64,000 nucleotides of DNA. It comes from Callorhinchus milii (lineage: Eukaryota). Positions 49,962 through 61,388 of the stretch are shown piece by piece. The position numbers and the translations under genes were made by a program. The stretch's first letter is position 1, and each line of letters opens with the position of its first letter. The notes under the pieces are model-generated. The model ran no database searches. It saw only the letters and a list, made by a program, of their open reading frames with translations, and had not been told where the DNA came from. Location: NCBI RefSeq assembly GCF_018977255.1, contig NW_024704742.1, positions 48,300,001 through 48,364,000 of the forward strand. Reading direction: 5' to 3'.

Positions 49962-50215
49962 CTGTCCTGATGGCTCAGTTGGCGAAAGCCATTGGACATT
50001 GTTCAATTTGCTACTGAGCGGAAAAACAAAAAACAATAATAAATTGGTCATTTTTAATCCACGGCTGTTTGTGGGACACTGCTGTGCGCAATTGGCTGCC
50101 GCTTTTCACCCACAAATATACAGTCAATTCAATTTACAGTCTGTTCTGTGAAGCGCTTTGAGATGTCTAGAAGAGGTGAAAAACGTTATATCAAATGCGA
50201 GAATTATTATTAATT
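49962..50215 (+). mobile_element. SINE 3' body preceded by a different tRNA-like head fragment
   Basis: 'gatggctcagttgg', then the Deu core and tail. Confidence 0.8.
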
Positions 50216-50237
50216 TTATTACTGGAGAGAGAAATTA

Positions 50238-50752
50238 ATAACAATAACTTGCATATATATTGTGCCTATACCATCTTGGAGTGCTTCACAGAGACAGGCT
50301 TAGACACTAAACAGAGAAGAGGTGAAAGGGAAATGAGGTGCTGTCGAAAAGGTATGTTTTATGACAGTTCTTAAAGACAGATAGAGAGGGGACAAGATGG
50401 AGGGAGAGAATATGCAGAGGTCAGGGGTGATAAAACTTAAGGTTCGAGTGATGGCAATGTAGAGAGGCCATGGACATACAGCAAGTGGAGGGGGAAGGCA
50501 TACCGGAGGATGCTGCAAGTGTAGAAGAATAGAGAAATAGCTGCTAGGGTTTGAAGGAATTTATAAATGAGGACCTTGAAATCGATCCATTTGGAGACAG
50601 GAACCTGTGGAGCTGAAGATTGGTGCAGGCAAAATACTAATAATATAATAATAACAATCCTTACATTTGATATAGCACGTCTTCTCGACGTCTCAAAGCT
50701 CTTCACAGAATATGCTGTAAAGTGAATTGACTGTACATTTGTGGGCGAAATA
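50238..50752 (-). mobile_element. Degenerate L2 (50238-50630) plus SINE tail (50640-50752)
   Basis: 'gaggaccttgaaatcgatcc'; 'atccttacatttgatatagc...gtgggcgaaa'. Confidence 0.7.
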
Positions 50753-51987
50753 CTAAGAACTGAGCTCCAGTTTCAGGTCTTGATTCTGCCTGGTGAAGGC
50801 TGGGTGATCCAATACTCACTGCATAGGTTCAGACGTGAAAAACAGGTGCTTACGTAAGGTACTATAGATCATGGACCCACCACCTGTGAAACCACATCTT
50901 GACATGAACCGGAACCTTTGGGGGAGGGGAGCAAAGGAGGAAATTGAATGGAAAGAAAGTTTAATATAGTTCAGTGGACTGGCTGAAGGGTTTCAAAGTT
51001 TAACTTCATACCAGTTGTAATTCATTGGTAACCAATGCCAAGCTGAAGCCATCTCCTCCAGAAATCTCTCTTTCTCTGGCTGTTACTTTGAAACTGCAGT
51101 TACTGATATATTGTATTGTATGCAATAGTGCAACCCGAATAAAAGGGGATACTAACTCTGGATGTGCATTGCATTATCTCATAGATCATTCTGGTCAGCT
51201 TTACTGTGTGACTTAATAACGTTGCAGAAATAGTATTTTGCCATAGAATGTAATTGGACCTTCTTGAAAATATCAAACTGCAAGGTGTGGTGCTATCAAA
51301 GGCCTCATATTCAAGCCGTTATAAAATAGAAGCAATATCTGACGAACCAAAGTATGCAAAATAGGATTTCACTTTCACTATCTAATCCTATCTAAAGAAC
51401 TTGTAAACATTAATCTAAAGAGTGCTGGAGTAGAAATGCAAGAAACACAGTATCAGTTTCTTTTTCCATCCTTCTGAAGCTGTAGATATTACTTATAAAC
51501 ATTGAAGCTCACTTCTAAAAGACATCAGGCTTAAAAAATTATTAATTTAAGATTGTATTTTATGCAGTGCAGTGCTGTTTGATCCTATGTCAATGCCAAA
51601 ATTCATGCGTCTTTCTCTATTGATCAAAGCTAACAATGCTTTATGTGAGAAATATCTTGTGAACACTCATGTGAAAAATTGGTATGTAGAGTTCTGAAGA
51701 AACTGACATGAGAACAGGCTGAACAAAAATGACTGTTTATTTCCGTTCAATAATCAGCTAGAGGTGACTGTAGGAAGTGTTCAACATTGGGCACAAAAAT
51801 GAATTGAACCAAATATAGGTTTTGTCAACATTTACAGAACTAAGGTACCAACAGTATTGTAAACACACAAGTACATAAAACACACAGACTCCTTTGTGAG
51901 TCCAGAAGTTAATACTTAGTTACAGTTCACATTTGTAGAGTAGCAATAAAGAATTCTGCATTAAGAACATTAAATAGAAGTTTGTTT

Positions 51988-52451
51988 GGCTGGCTCCCCA
52001 TCCCCCAGAGGATCGAATTCAAGATCCTCATCCTCACCTACAAGGCCATTCACAGCCTTGCTCCCTCCTACCTCTCCGATCTACTATCCCCCTACTTACC
52101 TGCCCGTACCCTCCATTCCTCTGGCTCCGGTCTGCTCCACATCCCCGCCCCAACCGCCCTACCATCGGTGGTCGGGCCTTCAGCCTCTCAGCCCCGAGGC
52201 TCTGGAACTCCATCCCCCAGTGCCTTTGCTGCCTCCTCCCTTTCCTCCTTCAAGGCCGGTCTCAAGACCTTTCTCTTCGACCGTGCCTTCAGCTCCCTTC
52301 TCGACTCTCTAGCCCCTCCTCGCTCCCTCCCTTCCCTCCCCTCACCCTGACCATTTCCCCCCTGCTCGGGTCCGGACCCAACTGTCCAGCGCCTTGGGAC
52401 GTCCTTCCGACGTGAAAGGCGCTCTATAAATGAAATCTTGTTGTTGTTGTT
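51988..52451 (+). mobile_element. Relatively young 5'-truncated L2
   Basis: WLPIPQRIEFKILILTYKAIHSLAPSYLSDLL; intact 3' motif and (TTG)n tail. Confidence 0.93.
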
Positions 52452-52739
52452 TGTATTCATAAAGCTAAGTTTTCCACATTCAGTCTAGAAGTATCCCTGC
52501 GTATTCAAACACAATTCTCCTGCAGCCAAGTCAGTATCAAGTTTTAAGCATATATTTGTAAAGCTATCCTAAGCATTGTTTCCCAGGAGGAACTCTCTAC
52601 CTATATTAGGCACAGTTCCATTGCTTAATTCAATCAGGTAGCTTCAGTCGTCTCTGTGATTGCCCAGGAGATGGTAAAATCCCGACCTCGCATGATCTTC
52701 AATAAATTCCCTTGTAAGGTGTGTAGTTAATGTATAATA

Positions 52740-54805
52740 ATCCTTTGTTATGTCACCTTTGTGTTATAACATCTTAAAGCATGTCACATGATTTACTGTA
52801 AGGTATTGTGACTGCATTTGTAGACAATTATTAAACACGGCAGTCAATTTGCACACTGTGAAGTCCCAGAAATAGCCCTAAAGTGAACGATCAATTTATC
52901 TGGGGGATTGTTGGCAGGACACTGGGAGAAACTCTCTTCCTTTTTTAAATAGTGTCAAGGGATCTTTAATATGCACCTGAATAGACATTTGGTTTATAGT
53001 GTATAGACTTTCATTGAAAGATAGCACCTCTTCCAGTGCAGTGATCCCCACACTCAACCATTAACCAAGACTATGATTTTAAGTTCTGATATATCCAGAA
53101 AGAACTCAATACATAGCAATCCAGAAGGGATCCCAGGTTGATTATTTCCTTTGGTCTATTTGATCTCATCCAGAACACCTATCTTCCCAGCACAGCCTCA
53201 AGATATTTTTAAACAAGTTCAGTGACCTCAACCACCTCAAACACCCTTCCTGATAACATAATTCTGTCATTAATTTCACTTTAGGTAAATACAAACGTCC
53301 TGGTATTTATCCTGAAATTGCAGTTTTGCAACTCTAAACCTAACTTAAAATCCTGTTCTACTGTCTTGTTGTTTTTGTAAGTATTGTTTCTGTTTTCAAG
53401 TTAAAATTGTATATACTTCTATAAGATGCCCTCTGAGATGCCTCCTTTCAAAACTATGCTGACAGTGCCCAGGTGATAGTATGTTCAGAGTTTTTCAGGG
53501 ATTTTATCTTTTGAGTGAAACATTAAACTGTCGCCCTGCCTACCCATTGAGGTGGACGTTAAAGATCTCATGATATGATTTCAAAAGAGAATGGAGTTTT
53601 CCCCAGTATCCTGGCTAACAATCCCCAGGCAACATTGGTCATTTAAATTGTGGCTATTTGGGGAACATTGCTGTGTGCAAATCGGCTGTTACGTTGATCT
53701 ACAAACTACAGTCACTACACTTCACAGCAATTCTATGTGAAGTGCACTGAAACATTTTAACGTTATAGGTGCAAGATTTTATTATAAACCTACTCCTGAA
53801 TTTCACATTAGTCTCTCTAAGGCAAGCAAGAATGGGCACAGCCAAAAGAGCTGGTCGTGGTGACCTTAGCAATGTACTGTACCTGCCTGATAACTAGCCA
53901 TCTTTTCAATGTTGAATGACAGCTTTTGTGCTGCACGTCACACTTCTCTTATTGTGCATGTATCAAGGCAACAGGCCTATTTGTCAACAAAACCCTGTGT
54001 TTAAGATATAAGATAAAGAAATAAGAACATCAAGCACCATATGACAAAACTAGAAGTTCTTTATGAGCTGGGCACTATAGTGGAGACAGCAATGTAAATG
54101 TAGCAGTGCCTGAAATTCTACAGGAGCAGTGTTCGCATGTTTTATAACATGTAACAATAACATCCAAAAATTACATTTACATAGCACCTTTCACGTCAAG
54201 AGGATGTCCCAAAGCGCTATTCTGATATGCAGGTATATAGATTATGTTTCATACAGATTCTGATTTTGACCTGGTTAGTTTTACAGATTCTGTTTTAGCC
54301 CATTGGGTAGCTGCCGTAAGATCATAAGCGCTCTCTCTCGCCTTTTTACATTTTTTAAATAGTTTTTCTATACGAATATTAAGGGCACGAGAGTTCTCAA
54401 ATAATTGACTCAGAAGGGTAAACATAAAAATAATTTTAGTTTACATCGGAAGATACAAAACTCCTTCCCAGATAATTGCTGTCAAGTATAGTGACCTTGT
54501 ATTTTTAGGCAAATGCAGCAGCTAACCTATACACAGTGGGACCCACAGATTGCGTGGAAGTGGATGACAAACTTATCGGGCAGATTGTACGCTAGGATAC
54601 CTTTTTTTTCACTTTATATAATATCCTGGGATCTGTAGCAACTACCTGTATAGGCGTACAGCATTTTGGTTTAACATCTCCAGTAATGCAATACTCCCCA
54701 AGTACTGAATATCAACTTGGGCTTCGAACTCAAAGTCCCACTGCACGGTTTGTAACCACAATCTTCTGACCCAGAGGCAAGAGTGCTATAAACTGAGCCA
54801 AGCTT
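52740..54805. mobile_element. Cluster of old Deu-SINEs (52740-53080 -, 53500-53780 +, 54470-54805 -) and CR1/L2 remnants
   Basis: Deu-core motifs 'gaggtggacgttaaagatc' and 'ttgctgtgtgcaaatcggctg'. Confidence 0.65.
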
Positions 54806-55904
54806 ACATGATTGCACAGTTTTTAAAAGATGTATTCAAGGAGTACTTGAAATTAAGCAATAGGTTGATCCTACACATCCTTTGATCGTAGTCATCATTA
54901 AGTACCTACAAATTGTTAAAAAAAAGGAATTTTTTAAGGAAATGTGTCTATTTTCAGAGCTCAAAGGTGTTGCAGTAGTTGAAGAGAAGCCTGTTAATGT
55001 AGGACTAAGCTAGGTTTTGTCATATTTCCGATGCATCACCACTGTAATAGTGTCTGAGGGAGAAATTATTTTCCTTATGAATGCAGTGAATTCTCCATTC
55101 CACCATCTTCCAGTCAGGATATTCAATATTTGATTTCTATCTTGTGATAAATAATTTTTATATAGCGCTTTTCATACAGGATGGTGTCTCAGAGCTCATA
55201 GGGCATTCACAGTACAATAACCTTGTGATAACATTCCAGAAAATATGTGTTGAAGAGAATAGGGATTGAGAGATATGGTGAGAAGATAAATACCTAGTGC
55301 TGAGAACCAACAAGGGATGGGTGGGTTTGTTAGATTTATTTGCTTTTTCCTGTTGCTAACAATTTGTATGTCCTTATAGCTGTTTCTTCATTTCTTGCTC
55401 ACAGTGTGTTATAGATGGCCCTTAACAGGGAACACTGAAATATAGAATTTATTTCTCAAGTGAGAAAAACATGATAACTTATTACCAGTGAAGCCACAAA
55501 CAATTAAATCGGAAGCAGAGGAGAGCTCTGTGTTTCAAACAGAGAGCAGTGGGACTGTGTGTACAAAACATGATTCATTCTTTTTAATTAGAATCATTTT
55601 ATAGTCATAGTGAGATCTGTTACAGGCTGCAGGGCACTTTAATGCTTCTCATTGTGCCAATTGCCTTTCCCTCACTCCCAAAATGAGTGGGCACCATCCC
55701 CCCCATTCTCTTATCAGGGACGAAAAATTTTGATTCACAGTACCTTGCACTAATATATGTCATTTGCAGTCCTGCGTCATGGAGCTAAGATTAGGTTTTA
55801 CTTACATGGCTTCTTAATAGAACATAATTAACATATTTTATAAAATATTTGTCTAATGAATGAATTGAGAATACAGTTTGCCTGCTTCAATTTTAATGAG
55901 AATA

Positions 55905-56855
55905 AATTGTATTTAGATAACGCCTTTCACATTGGGGCGCTGGACAGTTGAGGGATTTCACTTGGGAGATGGATTCGAAATGGGTGGGGCCCAAGGAGTG
56001 TGGAGGTGGGAAGATGATCAAAGGCATGGTCAAAGAGGAAGATCTTGAGATAGACCTAGAAGGAGGTGAGTGGGGGCACGAGGTGAAGGGACTCCAGGAT
56101 GGAGTTCCAGAGGGTGAGGGTGGAAAGGCTGAAGGCCTGACTACTCATGGTGGGAGAGGCAGGGCAGTGGAAGTGAAGCAGGCCAGTGTCTGAAAGTGGA
56201 GGGAATGGGCGGGTTGGTAAAGTTTTAGAAGGTCACAGAGGAAGGGTTGAGCAAGATCATGAAGGGCTTTGAAGATGAGGATGCGGATATTGAACCGTCT
56301 TGATCCTAGCTGGACAAACAGCTGGTCTCAATGGCAAGCTGTGTAGTTGTGGCTGACTAAATGCCAGCAGTATCTCAACCCAAACTCTGGAGTCTCCAAA
56401 CGTTGACCCTTGCAATCCTGTGCCTAATACAACATCAACAACAAATCACATCAGGAGGATGTCCCAAGGCATGGGACAGTCAAGGATTTGGTCCCAAGCA
56501 GGAGGTTGAGATCAGGGGGATGGAGGGCAGGAAGGGTAGGAGGGTGGCTGAAGGGTGGTCAAAGAGGAAGGTCTTGAGACGTGTCTTGAAGGAGGTAACG
56601 GAGGGAATAAGACAAAGGGAATGTGGGTTGGAGTTCCAGAGGTGTGGGCAGGGAGGCCGAAGGCCTGAATGCCAATGGTGCGGGAGCCCGGGCGGGGGAT
56701 GTGGAACAGGCTGAGCAGAGCGAACGGACAGGTTGATATGGGGTTAGCAGGTCACAGAGTTAGGAAGGAGCAAGGCCGTAGAGGGCCTTGATGGCGAGGA
56801 TGAGCATTTTGAACTCTATCTTCTGGGGGATGGGGAGCCTGGTGCGGGTGGGGAT
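55905..56855 (-). mobile_element. Two degenerate L2 3' fragments (55905-56296, 56430-56855)
   Basis: Both contain 'ggtcaaagaggaag.tcttgaga' and 'ggagttccagag'. Confidence 0.8.
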
Positions 56856-58334
56856 GATTCTCTCCAAAATTAGGGAAAATGAGTGTGGTATCCACTGGGA
56901 ACATTCCATTCCAGACGCAGGAAAGTTTCCATGTGTGGCATAAACATTTGGAAGTCTAAATCTGCTTTGAATCCTCTTCCAACACTGGGCTACTGCTCAT
57001 TCATCCCTCTGTCTTGCTGGTGAATAACCATCAGCACTAGTGAGTGCCTCTGCTCTCCCCAAATTCTTCCACCACACTTCCTCCCTCTCTCCCCTTTGCT
57101 GTCAAAATCCTTGTGGAAGTGTATTTCTTTGTCTGTGCCTTTGGTTAATACCCTCAAATTACCCTTCCAATCCTTCCTGTCTGGCGATCCCCATCGTCAA
57201 TGTGAAGTGCTTGAAATTGTACATCCTGTGTGAAAGATCTATAGAACCCAAGTTTTTGTTTTAATAATTCTACTAAGTAAACTTCAGATTTTCAGAAGAT
57301 TTGTTTAAGCTCTTGGGAATTAATATTGAACCACTGTTTCACCATATCTCTCTGAATCTACTGGACTACCACATTAGATAATCAGATAAATCCAACATCG
57401 GGAGGATATCTCAAAGTGTTCACAGGATTTACTGTATAGTGAATTGACTGTATTTTGCAGGCAGACAGTAGAGGCAATTGAACATATTGAACTTTCATGG
57501 CTTTAAAGTAATTCTGAAACACATAGCATGAGAATATAAATGGTGTAATTCTAGCAGCTATTCAAATATTTATGTGCCAACCATAAATGTATCATTTGCC
57601 ATTCATCTGATCCCTGGTGCACCACTCACACAATAAATACATCATTTCAGCAAATGGTACTTGTGGCTACAGATGTGTGCGTTTTATTACCAGCACCTTC
57701 ATGTAAATCTTACCAGATAAATACCTACAAGCACACTTTCTCTTTTATTGACATTGAAGCTCAGAAGAGTGAATTACAATCGGATGTTTGGGATGAAGAC
57801 ACATGGTGCAAGTGTCTGGCAATCTATAGTTAACGTGACTTTACAATTTTACCATAATTAACCTGTAACAAAACAACCATTAATTTCAGTGAATTAGTGC
57901 AAAGGAAAGCTCTGTAACACTAAGTATCTGAGTGAGGTAGCATATCAGCTCCAGTACTGGTCAAGGCTATCCTGTCAGTTCTGCTAGACTAGGCATAAAT
58001 ATCCTCAAAGGGTCTTTGACTGACAAACCCTAAGCTGCTAGAAGAAAATTTCTGACATACACTCAGTAGATTTATTACTGAAACAACCTGAATACAGTAG
58101 CACAAAGACGTGATATCTTTGTGGAGATGTAGGAGTGTAGACTGCAAAGCAGGATTACCGTTGTCTGTGCTCTGCATCCTCGGGGCGTTCCCTGTTTCCT
58201 GCGGCCTGTGAAGTGGGAGGTTGATTGGGGAGTGAATGTCTGACCGCTTCGGCTTCATTGTGTTCTTCTCTGGTTTGCCTGTGGAGGTTTCTTGGAAGAA
58301 TATTCAAGTTGTTCATCTCAGTCATACATACCCC

Positions 58335-59620
58335 CCACGCTTTGGAACTTCCTCTTCCATCTCAACCCCTCGATCAGTCTTCAGAACCCATCTAAAAAAC
58401 TATATCTTAGACCGCACCTACATTAACATCTCCTTTCCGCCTCCAACTTTGACCAGCAAAGTCCCTGTGAAATACTTGAGATGTTATCAGACATGAAGAA
58501 TCCCATATAAATACAAGTTGTTGTTGTTCTGGTCAGCTGGGTATCTGACATATGTGGAAAAACATCACTTCATTCAAGTTTCCAACCGAACCACAATACT
58601 GAGAGTTCCACATACTGTACCTATGGATTCCATTTAATTAAGGTGAGTAAATTAATTCAATTTTATCAAACTAAAAAATTATAGTCTCTGGTAAATTATT
58701 TTTGAAGGTGGCTAATATTATTATTCTGATGCTGGTAAATATCCAGTTTCAAATGTCTCACCTCCTCTCTTGCCTCCTTCAAGTCTTGTCTAAAGACTTT
58801 TCTCTTTGACCATGCCTTCATACCCCCACCCCCCCTGCCCTCCACCTCTCCTGACCCAAGTTGAGTCAATAAGCCCCTGACTGTCCAGCATGGATGTCTT
58901 TCCGATGTGAAGGGCTCTATATAAGTGTAATTTGTTGTTGTTGCTGCGTTTCACATCCTCCCAACGTGAAAGGCGCTACATAAATGTAAATTGTATTGTA
59001 TAATACTGAGATCTGTAACATCACCAAAGATTAAGCAAACAAGAACCGGTTCAGCTGCACAACTGTTTGGTTCTGAAGAAATAATTTTGCAGGGAAGATC
59101 ACTTCCTTCTTTGCCTTGATGTTCCAGTCTGTTTTACAGCGATAGTCAGAGAAAAATCGAGCTCTCCGTTTACTCGAGCAAACTTGAAGTGCTCTGTTTG
59201 ACTTGGATTTCTCTGTTCACATTCCTTGGTTTGCACTGGCAAAGATGTGGTTCAAGGCTGCTTCTAAACGATGATCAGTGTGGCTGATCCCAAAGTGGGT
59301 GATCCAATCTGATACTAAACTTGCAGCACTGATCTATAATATTGTGGCAAAAACAAGATTAGTAAATGCTCATATTTATTAAATGCTAGTGTAACATTCT
59401 GCCTCCGCCTCTCCCACTCCCTTGCCTCCTTCAAAACTTGTCTCAAGACCCTCCTCTTCAACCGTGCCTTTAGTCACCTTCCTACTCCTACCCTGTCCGC
59501 TCTCCACCTCTCCTGATCCCAACCACCAGCTCGGGTGTGGATCCCTGACTGTCCAGTGCTTTGGGACGTCCTCCTTACATGAAATGTGCTACCCAAATGT
59601 AATTTATTATTGTTGTTGTT
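58335..59620 (+). mobile_element. Three short L2 3' ends (58335-58530, 58760-58995, 59400-59620) separated by unique DNA
   Basis: 'ctcaagaccctcctctt...ctgactgtccag...ttgttgttg'. Confidence 0.75.
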
Positions 59621-61256
59621 GGATGGTAATTCTTTGGATTTAAAAGGGCATCATCTTCAAAAGTATGGCATTTAAAAAAAAACATTTTCACAATTACTGT
59701 GTTGTGAACGGATTGCAGGTGCTCGCTCCCGCTTCCAAGACCTGCCGGGGTTGCCGTCGATGATATGGAGCCCCGCTTCTCCTGCACAGCTGTGCTTGCT
59801 TTCTGTGTACTGTGGGTCGACCACAAATAATAATAATAATCCTTGCATTTGATATAGTGTGTTTCACACCCTCCTAATGTGAAAGACGCTATATCAACAT
59901 AAATTGTATTGCATAATACAGTATTTTGAACTGCATTCATCTTAAGCAGTCTGAGACACCGTCCAGCAGGCAGACGCTCTGTATAAATGCAAGGTGTTGT
60001 TGTTGCTTTGCAAGTTAACTATCCATTATTGTTACAAGAAAGAGAAGTACTGCATAAAGAACTTAAATGAGCAGATTTATTGGAACCTTTCAACATTCCA
60101 GATTGCAACAGTCAATCTGCATTAATGATCCTTCCTATGCCCATTTGGATGCTCATCTTTTGACATCAATTAATGGATGTGAGGTAGAAAACTTGAAGGT
60201 AAATGTCCAATTTGCAGTGTTTGAAGACATTTTTAGCCTCTGCCTCATTTGTTATAACACTCAAAAGTATAGTTGATCCACTTATTTAAAAATCCTTCTT
60301 TCAGAACTGTAGAACACTGGGGAATGGAGGCCAAGAACTCCTCAATGGCTGACAGTGATAGATGGTTAGGAAAGGCATTCAAAGCTAATAACCCAGAGGT
60401 AACCACAACTTAGTCAAGCAGGGACATTGGTACAATGTTCCAAAAGCATGTATGCTCACGTCTCATCATGAAAATAAATCCTAGCAAGGTAAAATATTAC
60501 AAGCATAAAGAACCAGGTGAACTTAAAGAACTTATAACAAATGTAAGTTGTTTTAAAGTCCAAGCATTTAGTTGAGTATGAGATGCCCTACTGTTTAGCA
60601 TATGAAGAACTGTAGAAGTGTTCATTTAGCGATGAACTAAAAGGTTAAGCTGTTGCCAAGTTTTTATTGTTGACTGTATTGATTTATTTTTGTTCCTTCC
60701 AGGAATGCTGCGATATATTTCATTGCTTCCGTATTGGAAGGTGAAGAAATTCCTGCCACTTGCTGTCCTCCTGATCCTGCTCTGAACAACACCCATTCTG
60801 AGTGCCTCCATTGACAGAGGGCATCTAGACATGCTGATTTTCATCAGTTGAGGTGCTTGTTGAGGTTTGTTTGTTCAGATGCAAACTCTTGTCTTGTCTA
60901 GGCCTTGGGACATCCTCCCAATGCGAAAAGTGCTATATAAATGCAATTTGCTGTTGTCGATGTTCCTGCAAGGGATGGCATTAGAGCATTAGAGGGGTGC
61001 AAAACTGTTCCAATGACCCTCTGCATTGTGAAGGAGAGGAGTTTCAGGTTTCTTGGGAGAGGGTGGATATCTGCAGCTGCAGAATTTCAATCAGTCATCG
61101 GGTGTTAAGGTCAGTTTATGTTGACTCGACGAGGACAACACATTATAGGGTAAGGGTCAAAACCAGAATAGCAATATATTGATTAGCGGCTAAATTATTC
61201 CATATTTGTTGAAGAAAAGCCTGAAATCTCTCTTCACATTCTAACACTTTTTGTAG

Positions 61257-61388
61257 AACATCAAGCAGTACAGTGAGGAGATGAGGTTCAGGCTTGGCGT
61301 GGAGAAGGTGTTTTCATGGAGAGATTCTTTACTGACTGCCGATCCTCTGAACTTTTCTGTCAGAGTCTATATCAGTCATTTTTTCCAG
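61257..61388 (+). other. Candidate 132-nt symmetric (phase 0) exon
   Basis: 'ctaacactttttgtag|' acceptor with a branch-like CTAAC and CAG|GTAACT donor. Open only in frame 0: NIKQYSEEMRFRLGVEKVFSWRDSLLTADPLNFSVRVYISHFFQ. Confidence 0.35.
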
